The notes under the pieces were generated by a model. That model worked only from the letters and a program-made list of their open reading frames with translations, was not told where the DNA came from and ran no database searches. From a bacterium (GTDB taxonomy: Bacteria; Patescibacteriota; Minisyncoccia; Phycocordibacterales; UBA1550): DNA of 64,000 nt. Shown piece by piece: positions 28,441 through 38,425 of the stretch. Each line of letters starts with the position of its first letter. Positions within the stretch are counted from its first letter, which is position 1. The stretch spans positions 19,590-83,589 of the forward strand of contig JAUSES010000035.1 of assembly GCA_030649835.1 (NCBI GenBank). The letters run 5' to 3'. The translations under genes and the position numbers were made by a program.

Positions 28441-29812
28441 AAATTCTATCAAGGAAACTGCGTTTGACGGCATTCTTGTCGTAAGCAAGTTGCTCGTGGA
28501 TTTTTTCACCTGGGCGTATCCCTATTTCCTTTATGACAATATCAACATGTGGCTCAAGGCCGTGAACTCGAATGAGGTTTATCGCAAGATCAAGAATTTT
28601 TATTGGTTCACCCATATCTAAAAGAAGAATTTGTCCATTCTTTGAAATAATCCACGAGGACAGAACGAGGGAAACTGCCTCTGGTATCGACATAAAATAG
28701 CGAGTCATTTCCAAATCGGTAATGGTCACCGCAGAACGACTTCGAATCTGTTTCAAAAACTTAGGAACAATACTTCCTGATGAATTTAAAACATTCCCGA
28801 AACGAACTGCGCAAAATCGTGATTTGAGATTTTTACGTGCGTATGCTCTTACTAAAAGCTCTGCGGCTCTCTTTGTTTCCCCCATAACACATGACGGATT
28901 AACAGCTTTATCTGTTGAAATCAAAACAAAGTCTTTAATGCCATACTTTACGGTAAGGCTAAGCATGTTTTTTGTACCAAGGTAATTTGTCTTATGTGCT
29001 TCACCCTGATTGTCCTCCATTAATGGTACGTGCTTGTAAGCTGCGGCGTGTATGATTACATCAATATGCGAAAGTTTCAAAATTTCCTCGATTCTTTTTT
29101 TATCGCGAATATTTCCTATGAATGTTTTTAACTTAGGTCGTCCGTGATGATTCTTCGAGCCCAACTCCTCAAGTAGGTTGAAGATCCCCTCCTCCCATGA
29201 ATCAACTACCGTCACGGACTTTGCCTCCGAATCATAAAGCTGCCTTACAATCTCGCTTCCAATAGACCCAGCACCCCCTGTAATAAGAAAATTTTTTCCT
29301 TTCGCTTTCTTAGAAATAAGCTCTTGGTCTGATCTAACAAGTGGCCTTCCAATTAAATCGGATGGGTCAAGATCTCTAACCTGCGAAAAATGAACATCTC
29401 CCAGGATTACTGAGGAGATACTCGGTAAAACCTTGATGGGAATATTCATCGGAACGGGGAGCAATTGCGCAACTCTTGTGACAAGTGTACCACCAACTGA
29501 CGGCATAGAAATCAAAATCTGGTCAACTTTTGATTTTTTTATAATCCTCGGGATATCGTCAATTCTGCCAAGAACTCGAACTCCGTCAATTTCCTTACCT
29601 TGTTTTTTTTCATCATCATCAACAAATCCAACAGGAATGATATTTGTACCAATCTCGTTCTTTATTTGCTTAATGATTTTGCGCCCTGCATCTCCAGCGC
29701 CAACGATAAGGACGTTGTTCTTTTTTCCCCTGTCCATGTCGTCAGCAGACAACGTCTTTTTTTCACCGTCCTTCCTTGTGTTATTTTTTGAGTTTTTAGT
29801 TTTTAGATTCAT
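28421..29812 (-). CDS. CapD/PglF-like nucleotide-sugar 4,6-dehydratase lacking the N-terminal TM domain
   Basis: IVGAGDAG, ITGGAGSIGSE, HAAAYKHVP, STDKAV, RFGNVLNSSGS, GIRPGEK. Confidence 0.9.
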   Translation of the reverse strand: MNLKTKNSKNNTRKDGEKKTLSADDMDRGKKNNVLIVGAGDAGRKIIKQIKNEIGTNIIPVGFVDDDEKKQGKEIDGVRVLGRIDDIPRIIKKSKVDQILISMPSVGGTLVTRVAQLLPVPMNIPIKVLPSISSVILGDVHFSQVRDLDPSDLIGRPLVRSDQELISKKAKGKNFLITGGAGSIGSEIVRQLYDSEAKSVTVVDSWEEGIFNLLEELGSKNHHGRPKLKTFIGNIRDKKRIEEILKLSHIDVIIHAAAYKHVPLMEDNQGEAHKTNYLGTKNMLSLTVKYGIKDFVLISTDKAVNPSCVMGETKRAAELLVRAYARKNLKSRFCAVRFGNVLNSSGSIVPKFLKQIRSRSAVTITDLEMTRYFMSIPEAVSLVLSSWIISKNGQILLLDMGEPIKILDLAINLIRVHGLEPHVDIVIKEIGIRPGEKIHEQLAYDKNAVKRSFLDRIFIAEEL

Positions 29813-29896
29813 ACGTAAATACCAAGTTAATCACTGCATCATAGCACACTGAGCTGGTTTGTGAAGTCCTATAAAATATGATAAAATTTAAAAAAT

Positions 29897-31078
29897 ATGT
29901 TTAATCTCCTGTCGCGATATGTAGTAGCCTACCGCAACAAATTAACCAATAAATTTTTTGGGATCGTATCTGTTGCGCACACAGGAGAAAAGAAAAAAGG
30001 GGTGGTACTTCTTTCTTTTTTAACAGGACCATTTACCAAGGCTCCTGGGGAGTTCTATACTGACCCACATTCAAACTACTGGGTTTCAACTGAGCTCGCC
30101 ACACTATTCACAAAGCGTGGATATGATGTAGATATTATTAACTGGGATGACACTCAGTTTATTCCAAAAAAGGACTATGTGGTTTGCATTGATATGCAAT
30201 ACAACCTTGAGAGGCTCTCAGAATACCTTCCCAAAAACTGCATTAAGGTTATGCATCTTATTGCATCCTACCCTGAGTTTCAAAACAACGAGGAGCAAAA
30301 AAGGATAGATGCGGTTGAAAAAAGAAGAGGTGTGACCCTCCCCCCTGTGCGCACCAGCCCTCTTACAAGCAACCCTGGAGTGGCAGACTTTCTTGAGGGA
30401 TATGGCAACAAGACCGTTCATGGTACGTACGCCAGATTTGGTAAGGAAATTATTCCTATCCCCGTACCTATAATGGAGACGTATTCTTTTCCTGAGCATA
30501 AAAATTTTGAAACTGCGCGCAAAAATTTTCTTTGGTTTGGTGGTGGGGGTGCAATCCTGAAAGGGCTTGATCTCGTAATTGAAGCTTTTGCAGGGCTTCC
30601 ACACTTACACCTTACGATTATGGGTCCAGCCTCGTACGAAAAGGAGTTTGAGGAGATCTACGCCCATGAGCTCTCCCTCCCCAATATTATGCGCTATGGT
30701 CGCCCTCGATTTAACAGAGAGAGTGGTGAGAGTATGGTTGGAGATAAATATGTCCGTGAGGTTATGGACCAGTGTGCTGCGGTTATTGGACTTTCAGCGT
30801 CCGAAGGGGGAGGTGGGGCGGTGGTGCAGGCAATGCAAGCAGGCTTATTCCCCATCGTTACTCCACAGACAGGTATAAATGAACTCGCGCCAAGCATCGT
30901 CGTTCAAGATTTAGATATTAATAACATCCGTAGAATCATTGAGGATTTTTCAAATCTTCCGTCTGAAAAAATAGCTAGTCTTGCGCGCGATTCGTGGACG
31001 TTTGCAAAAAATAGTCATACAAAGGAGGTCTTCTCAAAAGTGTACGAAAATTTCATAGATACTAAATTAAAAATATGA
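29897..31078 (+). CDS. GT-B (GT4-like) glycosyltransferase
   Basis: KGLDLVIEAF; SASEG..VQAMQAGL. Confidence 0.75.
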   Translation: MFNLLSRYVVAYRNKLTNKFFGIVSVAHTGEKKKGVVLLSFLTGPFTKAPGEFYTDPHSNYWVSTELATLFTKRGYDVDIINWDDTQFIPKKDYVVCIDMQYNLERLSEYLPKNCIKVMHLIASYPEFQNNEEQKRIDAVEKRRGVTLPPVRTSPLTSNPGVADFLEGYGNKTVHGTYARFGKEIIPIPVPIMETYSFPEHKNFETARKNFLWFGGGGAILKGLDLVIEAFAGLPHLHLTIMGPASYEKEFEEIYAHELSLPNIMRYGRPRFNRESGESMVGDKYVREVMDQCAAVIGLSASEGGGGAVVQAMQAGLFPIVTPQTGINELAPSIVVQDLDINNIRRIIEDFSNLPSEKIASLARDSWTFAKNSHTKEVFSKVYENFIDTKLKI

Positions 31079-31926
31079 GTCGCCCATTAATATCAGTTAT
31101 TATTCCTACGCATAGTTCAACAACATTGGACATAGCGGTGAAGTCTATTTGCAAACAAACTTATAAAAATCTTGAGATTATTATAGTAGGAGATAACCCG
31201 AAAGAAGAAACTGAAAGACTTGCTAAAGAATGCGTAGCAAGGGACTCACGTATAAAATACTATAGACTTCCCCATGATGACCCAAAACGATTTAATAAAC
31301 GCGGGCGTAATATAAACGCTGGGTATTCAGCGCGCAACTATGGTTTCGAAAAAGTAACGGGCGAATGGATAACATTTCAAGATGCCGACGATGCTTCTCT
31401 TTTGAATCGAATTGAGGTGCAATATAAACTCGCATTGCAATATAACGCAACACATCTCTGTGTTGACTGGCAACAATTTAACCCTGAGTATTTAGAGAAA
31501 GCGCTTAACGTTCAGAAAATCCTCAAGGAGCATTCTGACGCCATAATACTCCCCGAGGGGATTATCACTCTGGCAAAAAACACAAAGGGGATAATTATTC
31601 CCATCCTAGGACCACTCAATAAATATATTCCTTTTGAGTGGAAGCGTTTACGAATTATTAATAAACTTTTTTTCAAGTCTCTCGCACCCTATCCGGGTAC
31701 AGGGAATAGTCCTCTTTTTAAACGTTCCGTAGTCGAGAAGGTACGTTTTCGAGCACTTCCCAATCGCATTTGGCCATCATTTACGGGGCGTGGTGCCGAT
31801 AGGGATTTTAATTTTCAAGTCGCAGAAACATTCAAAAATAGCTATGTTTTCAAACTTCCTCTGTATCTTTGGCGACAGAATTCACAGAATGTAGAGTATG
31901 TGGGCTACAATAAATACCTAATATGA
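31075..31926 (+). CDS. GT2 glycosyltransferase
   Basis: ISVIIPT, ARNYG, FQDADD. Confidence 0.85.
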   Translation: MSRPLISVIIPTHSSTTLDIAVKSICKQTYKNLEIIIVGDNPKEETERLAKECVARDSRIKYYRLPHDDPKRFNKRGRNINAGYSARNYGFEKVTGEWITFQDADDASLLNRIEVQYKLALQYNATHLCVDWQQFNPEYLEKALNVQKILKEHSDAIILPEGIITLAKNTKGIIIPILGPLNKYIPFEWKRLRIINKLFFKSLAPYPGTGNSPLFKRSVVEKVRFRALPNRIWPSFTGRGADRDFNFQVAETFKNSYVFKLPLYLWRQNSQNVEYVGYNKYLI

Positions 31927-32840
31927 AATTTTCAATTGTTACGCCAGTCTATAATGGTGAAAAGTATCTAGCAGATACAATAAAAAGCGTTCTCTCTCAA
32001 GAGGGGGATTTTGAAATTGAATATATCATTCAAGATGGTGGCTCACAAGACAAAACCTTAGAGATTGCAAAATCCTATGCGGAACAGATTAACTCTGGTA
32101 AGTTTCCTATCCGTTGCAAGAAAATAACAGTCAAGTATTTTTCAGAGAAAGATAAAGGTATGTATGATGCCATTAATAAAGGGTTTGCGCGGACTACGGG
32201 AGAAGTCTGTGCGTATATCAATGCTGACGATATATATCTTCCAAATGCCTTTATGGTTGTGGCAGAAACTTTTAGAAAATTCCCTCAAATAATGTGGGTT
32301 ACAGGAGCGACACTATATGACTACGAGGACAATCGAACTGCACAGAAAATACCTATGTGCTATATTTACAATCAGGAATGGATAGCCCGAGGAGTTTATG
32401 GCCGAAACGCTTATTTTATTCACCAAGATAGTGTTTTTTGGAAAAAACAGCTTGCTGTCGAAGCTGGGAGTATCCCCTCTTACCTTCGTTATGCCGGGGA
32501 CTACTACCTATGGACCAAGTTTGCAAGGATAACTGAGCTCTGGTCCATAAACTTCCCCATAAGTCGCTTTCGCATACGAGCAGGGCAACTGAGTGCTGAT
32601 ATGACTCCCTATCGCAAGGAACAAAAAATGATCTCGGGTGAAAAAATTCCATCCTCATTTTTAATAAAAATATTTTTTTCTTTGCGGAATATCTTTCAGC
32701 AAAAATGGCTACTTATATTTTTTAAAATAATTTATCGTAGTATATTTTTTAAAAGAAACAAACAATATATTGGAATTAAAAACCTTGATCCAGAAATGCG
32801 TACTGCAGAATATTATGAGCTACCAATAGAAAACCTATGA
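31923..32840 (+). CDS. GT2 glycosyltransferase (WfgS-like)
   Basis: SIVTPVYN, DGGSQD, GMYDAINKG, INADD. Confidence 0.88.
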   Translation: MKFSIVTPVYNGEKYLADTIKSVLSQEGDFEIEYIIQDGGSQDKTLEIAKSYAEQINSGKFPIRCKKITVKYFSEKDKGMYDAINKGFARTTGEVCAYINADDIYLPNAFMVVAETFRKFPQIMWVTGATLYDYEDNRTAQKIPMCYIYNQEWIARGVYGRNAYFIHQDSVFWKKQLAVEAGSIPSYLRYAGDYYLWTKFARITELWSINFPISRFRIRAGQLSADMTPYRKEQKMISGEKIPSSFLIKIFFSLRNIFQQKWLLIFFKIIYRSIFFKRNKQYIGIKNLDPEMRTAEYYELPIENL

Positions 32841-33649
32841 ATAATATCTTGAAAAAAATAAAGCAGATACTATACGGTCGAAAACTATTTCAGGTATTTT
32901 TTGAGTCTCTCTATCGTATCTCCCTATACGGAATGAACATAGGGAGTGGTGGAGATGTTTCGACAAGCGGTGAAATGCTCGTTCTTGAAAGAGCGCGGAA
33001 GTATTTTGATAAAGATACAATTATTACAATATTTGATGTTGGAGCAAATAAGGGTGAGTATGCTCGAACGATTATCGATATTTTTTTGGGGAAATCAATA
33101 AGCCTTTTTGTGTTTGAACCCTCAAAAACTGCTTTTTCTCTACTTAAAACAACTATGGCGCTCGTGCCTCACAATGTCACGCTCATAAATAAGGGCCTTG
33201 GGGAAAAGAGCGAAGTGGTACCCCTCTATTCAAACTCTCCCGGCTCAAAACTAGGAAGTATCTACGAACGTGTCGTTCCTGGAAAAGCGTTTAACGAGAA
33301 AGAAGAAATTTTTTTGACTACAATTGATGAGTTTTGTAGTGCAAATAAAATTAGCCGTATTAATTTTATTAAACTTGACATTGAGGGAAATGAATTACGA
33401 GCTCTTCATGGCGCAAAAAATATGCTGGAGGCGGGGAATATTGATATAATTCAGTTCGAATTTGGTGGCGCAAATATTGATGCACGCACATATTTTCGTG
33501 ATTTCTGGGATTTACTTTCTTCGAATTATAGATTATTTAGAGTACTTAAAGATGGGTTACAGCATATCCCCAAGTATGACGAAAAATTTGAATTATTTTC
33601 AACTACAAACTATGTTGCTATCAATAAAGAATCTGTGAAGAATTTATGA
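32837..33649 (+). CDS. FkbM-family methyltransferase
   Basis: FDVGANKG, FEP, IKLDIEGNE, IQFEFG. Confidence 0.9.
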   Translation: MNNILKKIKQILYGRKLFQVFFESLYRISLYGMNIGSGGDVSTSGEMLVLERARKYFDKDTIITIFDVGANKGEYARTIIDIFLGKSISLFVFEPSKTAFSLLKTTMALVPHNVTLINKGLGEKSEVVPLYSNSPGSKLGSIYERVVPGKAFNEKEEIFLTTIDEFCSANKISRINFIKLDIEGNELRALHGAKNMLEAGNIDIIQFEFGGANIDARTYFRDFWDLLSSNYRLFRVLKDGLQHIPKYDEKFELFSTTNYVAINKESVKNL

Positions 33650-34581
33650 AAAAAGCAATAATTTTAAGCGCAGATGGCAATGAACTCGCCAATCAGTTAT
33701 GGAATTACGCGAGCATCTATGCGTACACGGTCGAGCGGGGTTATAAAATCGTAAACCCATCATTTTTTGAATATGGTGAATATTTCACGATGCCTGCTCC
33801 TAACTGGTTTTTTAGAATAATCTTTTATTTGCCTTTTAAAAATTATACGAAGCGAAAAACAGCTTTCCGTAGAAAGCTGTGGCGAAAACTCTACTCATGG
33901 CTCATTTATTTTTCTATGAAGATATCCGCTGATAGAATGCTTTCGTATTCGAATAAAAAAAATCTTCCTTTTTATTTACCTCCTACAGAGTCCCCGCAGG
34001 CAGAACTTTCCAGACTAGAACACGGTGAGCAGAATATTTATTTCAATGGTTGGCTTTTTAGAAATCCTATAGGTCTCGAAAAATACAGAGTTGATGTACT
34101 AAAATACTTTAAACCACGTGAGGATATTGAAACCGAAGTGCATAAGCAGATTAACAATTTGAGAGTTAGGTTTAAGAATATTGTTGGTGTTCATGTAAGA
34201 CAGGGTGACTATGTAAATTGGCGTGGCGGAGCATATTTTATCGCGCAACCGCGTGTTAGAGAAATCCTAAACGAATACTCTACTGTTTTAGGACTTAACA
34301 CCCTGGAAACGTGTTTCGTGATCACTTCTGATGGCCCTATTAATACTTCACTTTTTGCTGGGCTAAATATTTTAGTAAGTACCGGTAATGCTGTGAATGA
34401 TTTATTTTTACTTTCGTTGACCGACACAGTCGTAGGTTCAAACAGTACCTTTGGTGCCTTCGCTTCATATTATGGGAACATTCCGTTCGTAGTGATGCAA
34501 AGTACTGAAGTAGAGTGGAGCTACTACTTAAACAAAAAAAACTACTTCGAAAACAAGTATTCAACTTTTGTACACTACTAG
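33646..34581 (+). CDS. GT11-like fucosyltransferase
   Basis: ELANQLW, GVHVRQGDY, TSD, STFGAFA. Confidence 0.75.
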   Translation: MKKAIILSADGNELANQLWNYASIYAYTVERGYKIVNPSFFEYGEYFTMPAPNWFFRIIFYLPFKNYTKRKTAFRRKLWRKLYSWLIYFSMKISADRMLSYSNKKNLPFYLPPTESPQAELSRLEHGEQNIYFNGWLFRNPIGLEKYRVDVLKYFKPREDIETEVHKQINNLRVRFKNIVGVHVRQGDYVNWRGGAYFIAQPRVREILNEYSTVLGLNTLETCFVITSDGPINTSLFAGLNILVSTGNAVNDLFLLSLTDTVVGSNSTFGAFASYYGNIPFVVMQSTEVEWSYYLNKKNYFENKYSTFVHY

Positions 34582-34593
34582 ATCTTTATACCC

Positions 34594-35529
34594 CTAGTCT
34601 TTTGGTTGCTTTTTTGCCCATTCTATATATCTATCAATTCCCTCCCATATCGAAATTTTCGGTATGTACCCTAAACTTTTTGCAAAGGAAATGTCTGCGG
34701 GGATCCGCATCACCTCTCCATGACGAGCTGGGCCATTTACTATTTTTGCGTCAAATTTCCTAGCCACATATTCCACGATTTCTCGGACTTGTGTACTTTT
34801 GCCACTTGCGAAATTGATTGACTTTCCTTTTAAATTACTGTTATTAAGTACTAAATAGTATGCTCGAACCGCATCATCAATATGACAATAATCCCTCTCT
34901 GCAGTGCCATCGCCAAAAATTATGAGCTCTTGACCGCGCAAAGCTCTGTCGACAATAATAGGAATGAGCGCACCAAATAGTCCGCTCTTTTGTCTTTCCC
35001 CAAAAATATTAAAGGGTCTGACAATAGTCACATCTAGGTCAAACGACCTAAAATAAGAGTAGGCAATTCTATCTGCAGCAGCCTTGGATGACGCATATGG
35101 ATTATTTGGTTTAAGTTCAGCCGTCTCATTGATAAGTCCATCCATCTTTTCATCATGTCCATCTCCATAAACTTCGCTTGTTGATGTTAGAATGAGACGA
35201 CTATTATATTTTCTACATGCCTCAAATATATTATACGTACCTAGAACATTTGCTTCGATAAAGCCGCGTGGGTCCTTCATAGACTCGTCTACATTACCAT
35301 GCCCCGCTAGATGAAATACCACCTCGTGTCCACGAACACTTTTATCAACAATTTCCTTATCGGTAACACTTCCCCAGATAAGATTTATCTTATTTATAAT
35401 ACTAGATAAATTTTTTTTTGAATTTTCAGAATATGTATTTAGTACAGAAATAGTATGCCCTTCTTTTACTAAAAACTCCGCAAGGTGACTTCCCTGGAAC
35501 CCTCCTCCTCCTGTGATTAAGATTTTCAT
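34594..35529 (-). CDS. NAD-dependent sugar epimerase/dehydratase
   Basis: ITGGGGFQGSH, STSEVYG, YASSK, RPFNIFG. Confidence 0.88.
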   Translation of the reverse strand: MKILITGGGGFQGSHLAEFLVKEGHTISVLNTYSENSKKNLSSIINKINLIWGSVTDKEIVDKSVRGHEVVFHLAGHGNVDESMKDPRGFIEANVLGTYNIFEACRKYNSRLILTSTSEVYGDGHDEKMDGLINETAELKPNNPYASSKAAADRIAYSYFRSFDLDVTIVRPFNIFGERQKSGLFGALIPIIVDRALRGQELIIFGDGTAERDYCHIDDAVRAYYLVLNNSNLKGKSINFASGKSTQVREIVEYVARKFDAKIVNGPARHGEVMRIPADISFAKSLGYIPKISIWEGIDRYIEWAKKQPKD

Positions 35530-35640
35530 TATCTATCAAAAATACCATTTTAAATCTATGAAAGCAACTATGCTTTTCTGTGGCATGTTTGCTAATTTTA
35601 CACTATACTATTTATTAAATAACGTGCCGACAAGAAATTT

Positions 35641-35946
35641 ATGCATACCACTAGCACGGAATCCTTTTTTGCTCGATATATACACCTCTTTCTTCTAGGA
35701 GGTGCTCTTATTTTTTCTTTCCTTGCGCTCGTTGCAGTACTAAAATTTGATAACTCACAGCTTAAGGCATTTGGGCCCACTGCTCGCGTGTACTTTGATG
35801 GGATGAAATCAGGATTATTTACTGCAACCACTATACTTTTTATTGCATTTATTTCTTCTTTAATTTTAAGAAAATATCTAGAAAAAACAGAGAATTACCT
35901 GAAATTTCTATTCTCTTCGTTTAGTACTATTAAAAAAATGGTCTGA
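35641..35946 (+). CDS. N-terminal part of a membrane protein that is probably frameshifted into 36015-37913
   Basis: Two TM helices; A7 at 35932-35938, where +1 A opens the frame into the downstream ORF. Confidence 0.55.
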   Translation: MHTTSTESFFARYIHLFLLGGALIFSFLALVAVLKFDNSQLKAFGPTARVYFDGMKSGLFTATTILFIAFISSLILRKYLEKTENYLKFLFSSFSTIKKMV

Positions 35947-36014
35947 TTCTTGTAGTTTGCTTTATTTTTTCCTTCGCGAGTCATTTCGGAAACATAACAA
36001 GTGGTTACTTTAAT

Positions 36015-37913
36015 ATGGACGATATCGAAGTTATCGGCCTCAACCATAGTGCCCCGTTTTCACAATCCCTACTTACACCACATGGGAATGACCACACGAT
36101 TCCCCTCTTTACTGCAGAAATGGAAATACTAGATATATTGTTTGGACAAAATGAGGCTGCATATAATATTTTTGTTTTTATACTTTTTGCCTTAATACCA
36201 TTTTTTACCTATCTAACCCTAGCGAGACTGGGTGTTAAACTCAGTAGCTTTTTTATATTCTTGATACTCTTTAGTGGTGCAACAGGTTGGGCAGAAATGC
36301 TTACTGGTTTTTATATTATGTCAATATACCTCCAGATTATATTGTTTTTTACAATCACTATGTGGGCATATACGGCATGGGGTCAAACCAGTCAAAAAAA
36401 ATATCTTACCTTTTTTGTGGTTTCTCTTTTGTTTGCTCTTGCTGCTGATACATCTGGAGTATGGATAATCCCCGCAACACTTATTTTTATAATGCATTCT
36501 TACTGGTCCCAGAGTGACTCATTCAAAATACGACGTGTGGATATAATGAAATTCTTGAAAACGAATAGGGCTCCTTTATTACTCCTTCTTGGAGCCTCCA
36601 CCCTGTTTGTTATTTTCCTAACAATTACATTTATGATATTACAGCCAAATACTTTTCTATCTGCACTGAGTGATACAGGGACTTCAACTACAGGTAGCAA
36701 GGAGGTACTTTGGAGATTTTTTCCTCTTGTTGAAAACTTTCTTGCTTTTTTTTCTTCTGGTGTATCGCTTTCTCTGTTTGCTCCTAACATTGTCAAAATA
36801 TTGGTTCATCCGTCGATACAAGGTCATGTAAAATCATTTTGGTATATCATTGAGGCTATAATACTTGTATTAAACGCAGGACTTTTTTGGTTTACTTTGA
36901 AATATTCACAAAACAAAGAGAAGAAACTTTTTATTCTCTTGGGGCTTATCATGTTTATTACTATTTCAATGGTTGTAGTAGCACGACCAAACCACGAAAT
37001 CATTCCTGATTTCGATTACCGATACGCTGGTGCGCCTTATTATTTATATTGTTTACTTATTGCGGTTGGTGCCTCCCATTTTTTAGAAATAGGTGGCAGA
37101 AAATCACTGCGGATAATAGTATCAATTGTAATTATTCTTTTTGCTACTCAGCAGGCCTTTAGTTTTCAGGCCGTGAGAACGAGAACTGAATCTGTACTTA
37201 GAAAGGAGGCTGTAACGAGGTTGGACAGGACTCTTTTGTCTGAGCTCGCTACGCTAAGCAAGAACAGTAGCTCCCTTGTAATACCAAATTTAAGTGGCAC
37301 ACATATTTTTGAGCAAACAATGTCAGGATTCACTCTCGCGGATTATTTACTATTTTTTGACAAAAAAACACCAATCAAACTTGTTAGAAATGCTGAGATG
37401 CCTCCAGATGTCAAAACTCGAAGTGTAATGACCGTTCCAAGCATTCGATCTGTTGTAAGTAAGGACTTTTTAAGTGAACTTTCGGCTTCTTCAGTTGTTC
37501 GTTCCTATTATGCAACTTCTGGCATATTGAGTTATAAGATTCTTCCTCCCCTCGTGGACGAAGCGGAGAATAAATTAAAAATTGATTCAGGTAGAAAAAT
37601 TTTAATTTATCAAAGAAATATTGATCCAGAAAAACTACATGTAGTTGACATTACACTCTATACAGACAACGTACATGGAAACCTAGAGCTTTCATTTTAT
37701 TTCAAAAATGATTTTGATGCTAGTAATGAACTAGGAAAAATACGCATAGATGACTACACTCCTTACGTACTTAAAGGCGACAAGCGTTACTACCATATTG
37801 AGGTAGACCTTCTGCAGATTTACACATATGCACTTTCGGAAAAAATATCTGGTCTTTCACTTTATGTTCCAGAAGTAAAGAGTCCAACAGTTAATGCTAT
37901 CTATCTTCGGTAG
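36015..37913 (+). CDS. Multi-pass membrane protein, GT-C/glycan-modifying-like
   Basis: YFNMDD acidic loop after the first TM, about 10 TMs, soluble C-terminal domain. Confidence 0.6.
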   Translation: MDDIEVIGLNHSAPFSQSLLTPHGNDHTIPLFTAEMEILDILFGQNEAAYNIFVFILFALIPFFTYLTLARLGVKLSSFFIFLILFSGATGWAEMLTGFYIMSIYLQIILFFTITMWAYTAWGQTSQKKYLTFFVVSLLFALAADTSGVWIIPATLIFIMHSYWSQSDSFKIRRVDIMKFLKTNRAPLLLLLGASTLFVIFLTITFMILQPNTFLSALSDTGTSTTGSKEVLWRFFPLVENFLAFFSSGVSLSLFAPNIVKILVHPSIQGHVKSFWYIIEAIILVLNAGLFWFTLKYSQNKEKKLFILLGLIMFITISMVVVARPNHEIIPDFDYRYAGAPYYLYCLLIAVGASHFLEIGGRKSLRIIVSIVIILFATQQAFSFQAVRTRTESVLRKEAVTRLDRTLLSELATLSKNSSSLVIPNLSGTHIFEQTMSGFTLADYLLFFDKKTPIKLVRNAEMPPDVKTRSVMTVPSIRSVVSKDFLSELSASSVVRSYYATSGILSYKILPPLVDEAENKLKIDSGRKILIYQRNIDPEKLHVVDITLYTDNVHGNLELSFYFKNDFDASNELGKIRIDDYTPYVLKGDKRYYHIEVDLLQIYTYALSEKISGLSLYVPEVKSPTVNAIYLR

Positions 37914-37927
37914 AGTTTGTGCTTCTT

Positions 37928-38425
37928 TTATTCAGATTTTTTTAGAACAACCAAAACAGAAACGCCAAATGGAAAACCTAATTTTTTTAGTATCTTTCTT
38001 TCAAAATTGAAAACGGCAAACAAAAGTTTATTCAAGAAAGGACTATTGATATCGAAATCTGATTCCCTTCCCCGTATGCCTAGTATTTTGCTTCCCAGAC
38101 GCACTATTGCGATAGGAATAAAAAGTAATGTATTAAAGTAGGAAGAACGAACCACACTCAGAGATGTTGATTCTTTAATTTTCTTCAAAAGTGAGCCTTT
38201 GGTGTAGCGTCGATAATGATGAGCGACGTCATCCTGCACCCCCCAAAGGAACATGTATGCTGGCACCATAATAACAGAAATTCCGCCAGGTTTTAGCACT
38301 CTCCTTATTTCGTCCAGTGCCCATTCTTCATCCTCTAGGTGCTCTAGGACATCAAGGGTGCAGACCGCATCAAAAGTATTGTCAGGAAAATCAATTTTGT
38401 GCGCATCAATAACTCCCAGGTTTTT
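37928..38425 (-). CDS. C-terminal half of a class I methyltransferase (frameshifted continuation of 38344-39609)
   Basis: Frame reads NLGVIDAHKIDFPDNTFDAVCTLDVLEHLEDEEWALDEIRRVLKPGG..HHYRRY. Confidence 0.75.
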   Translation of the reverse strand, partial: KNLGVIDAHKIDFPDNTFDAVCTLDVLEHLEDEEWALDEIRRVLKPGGISVIMVPAYMFLWGVQDDVAHHYRRYTKGSLLKKIKESTSLSVVRSSYFNTLLFIPIAIVRLGSKILGIRGRESDFDINSPFLNKLLFAVFNFERKILKKLGFPFGVSVLVVLKKSE

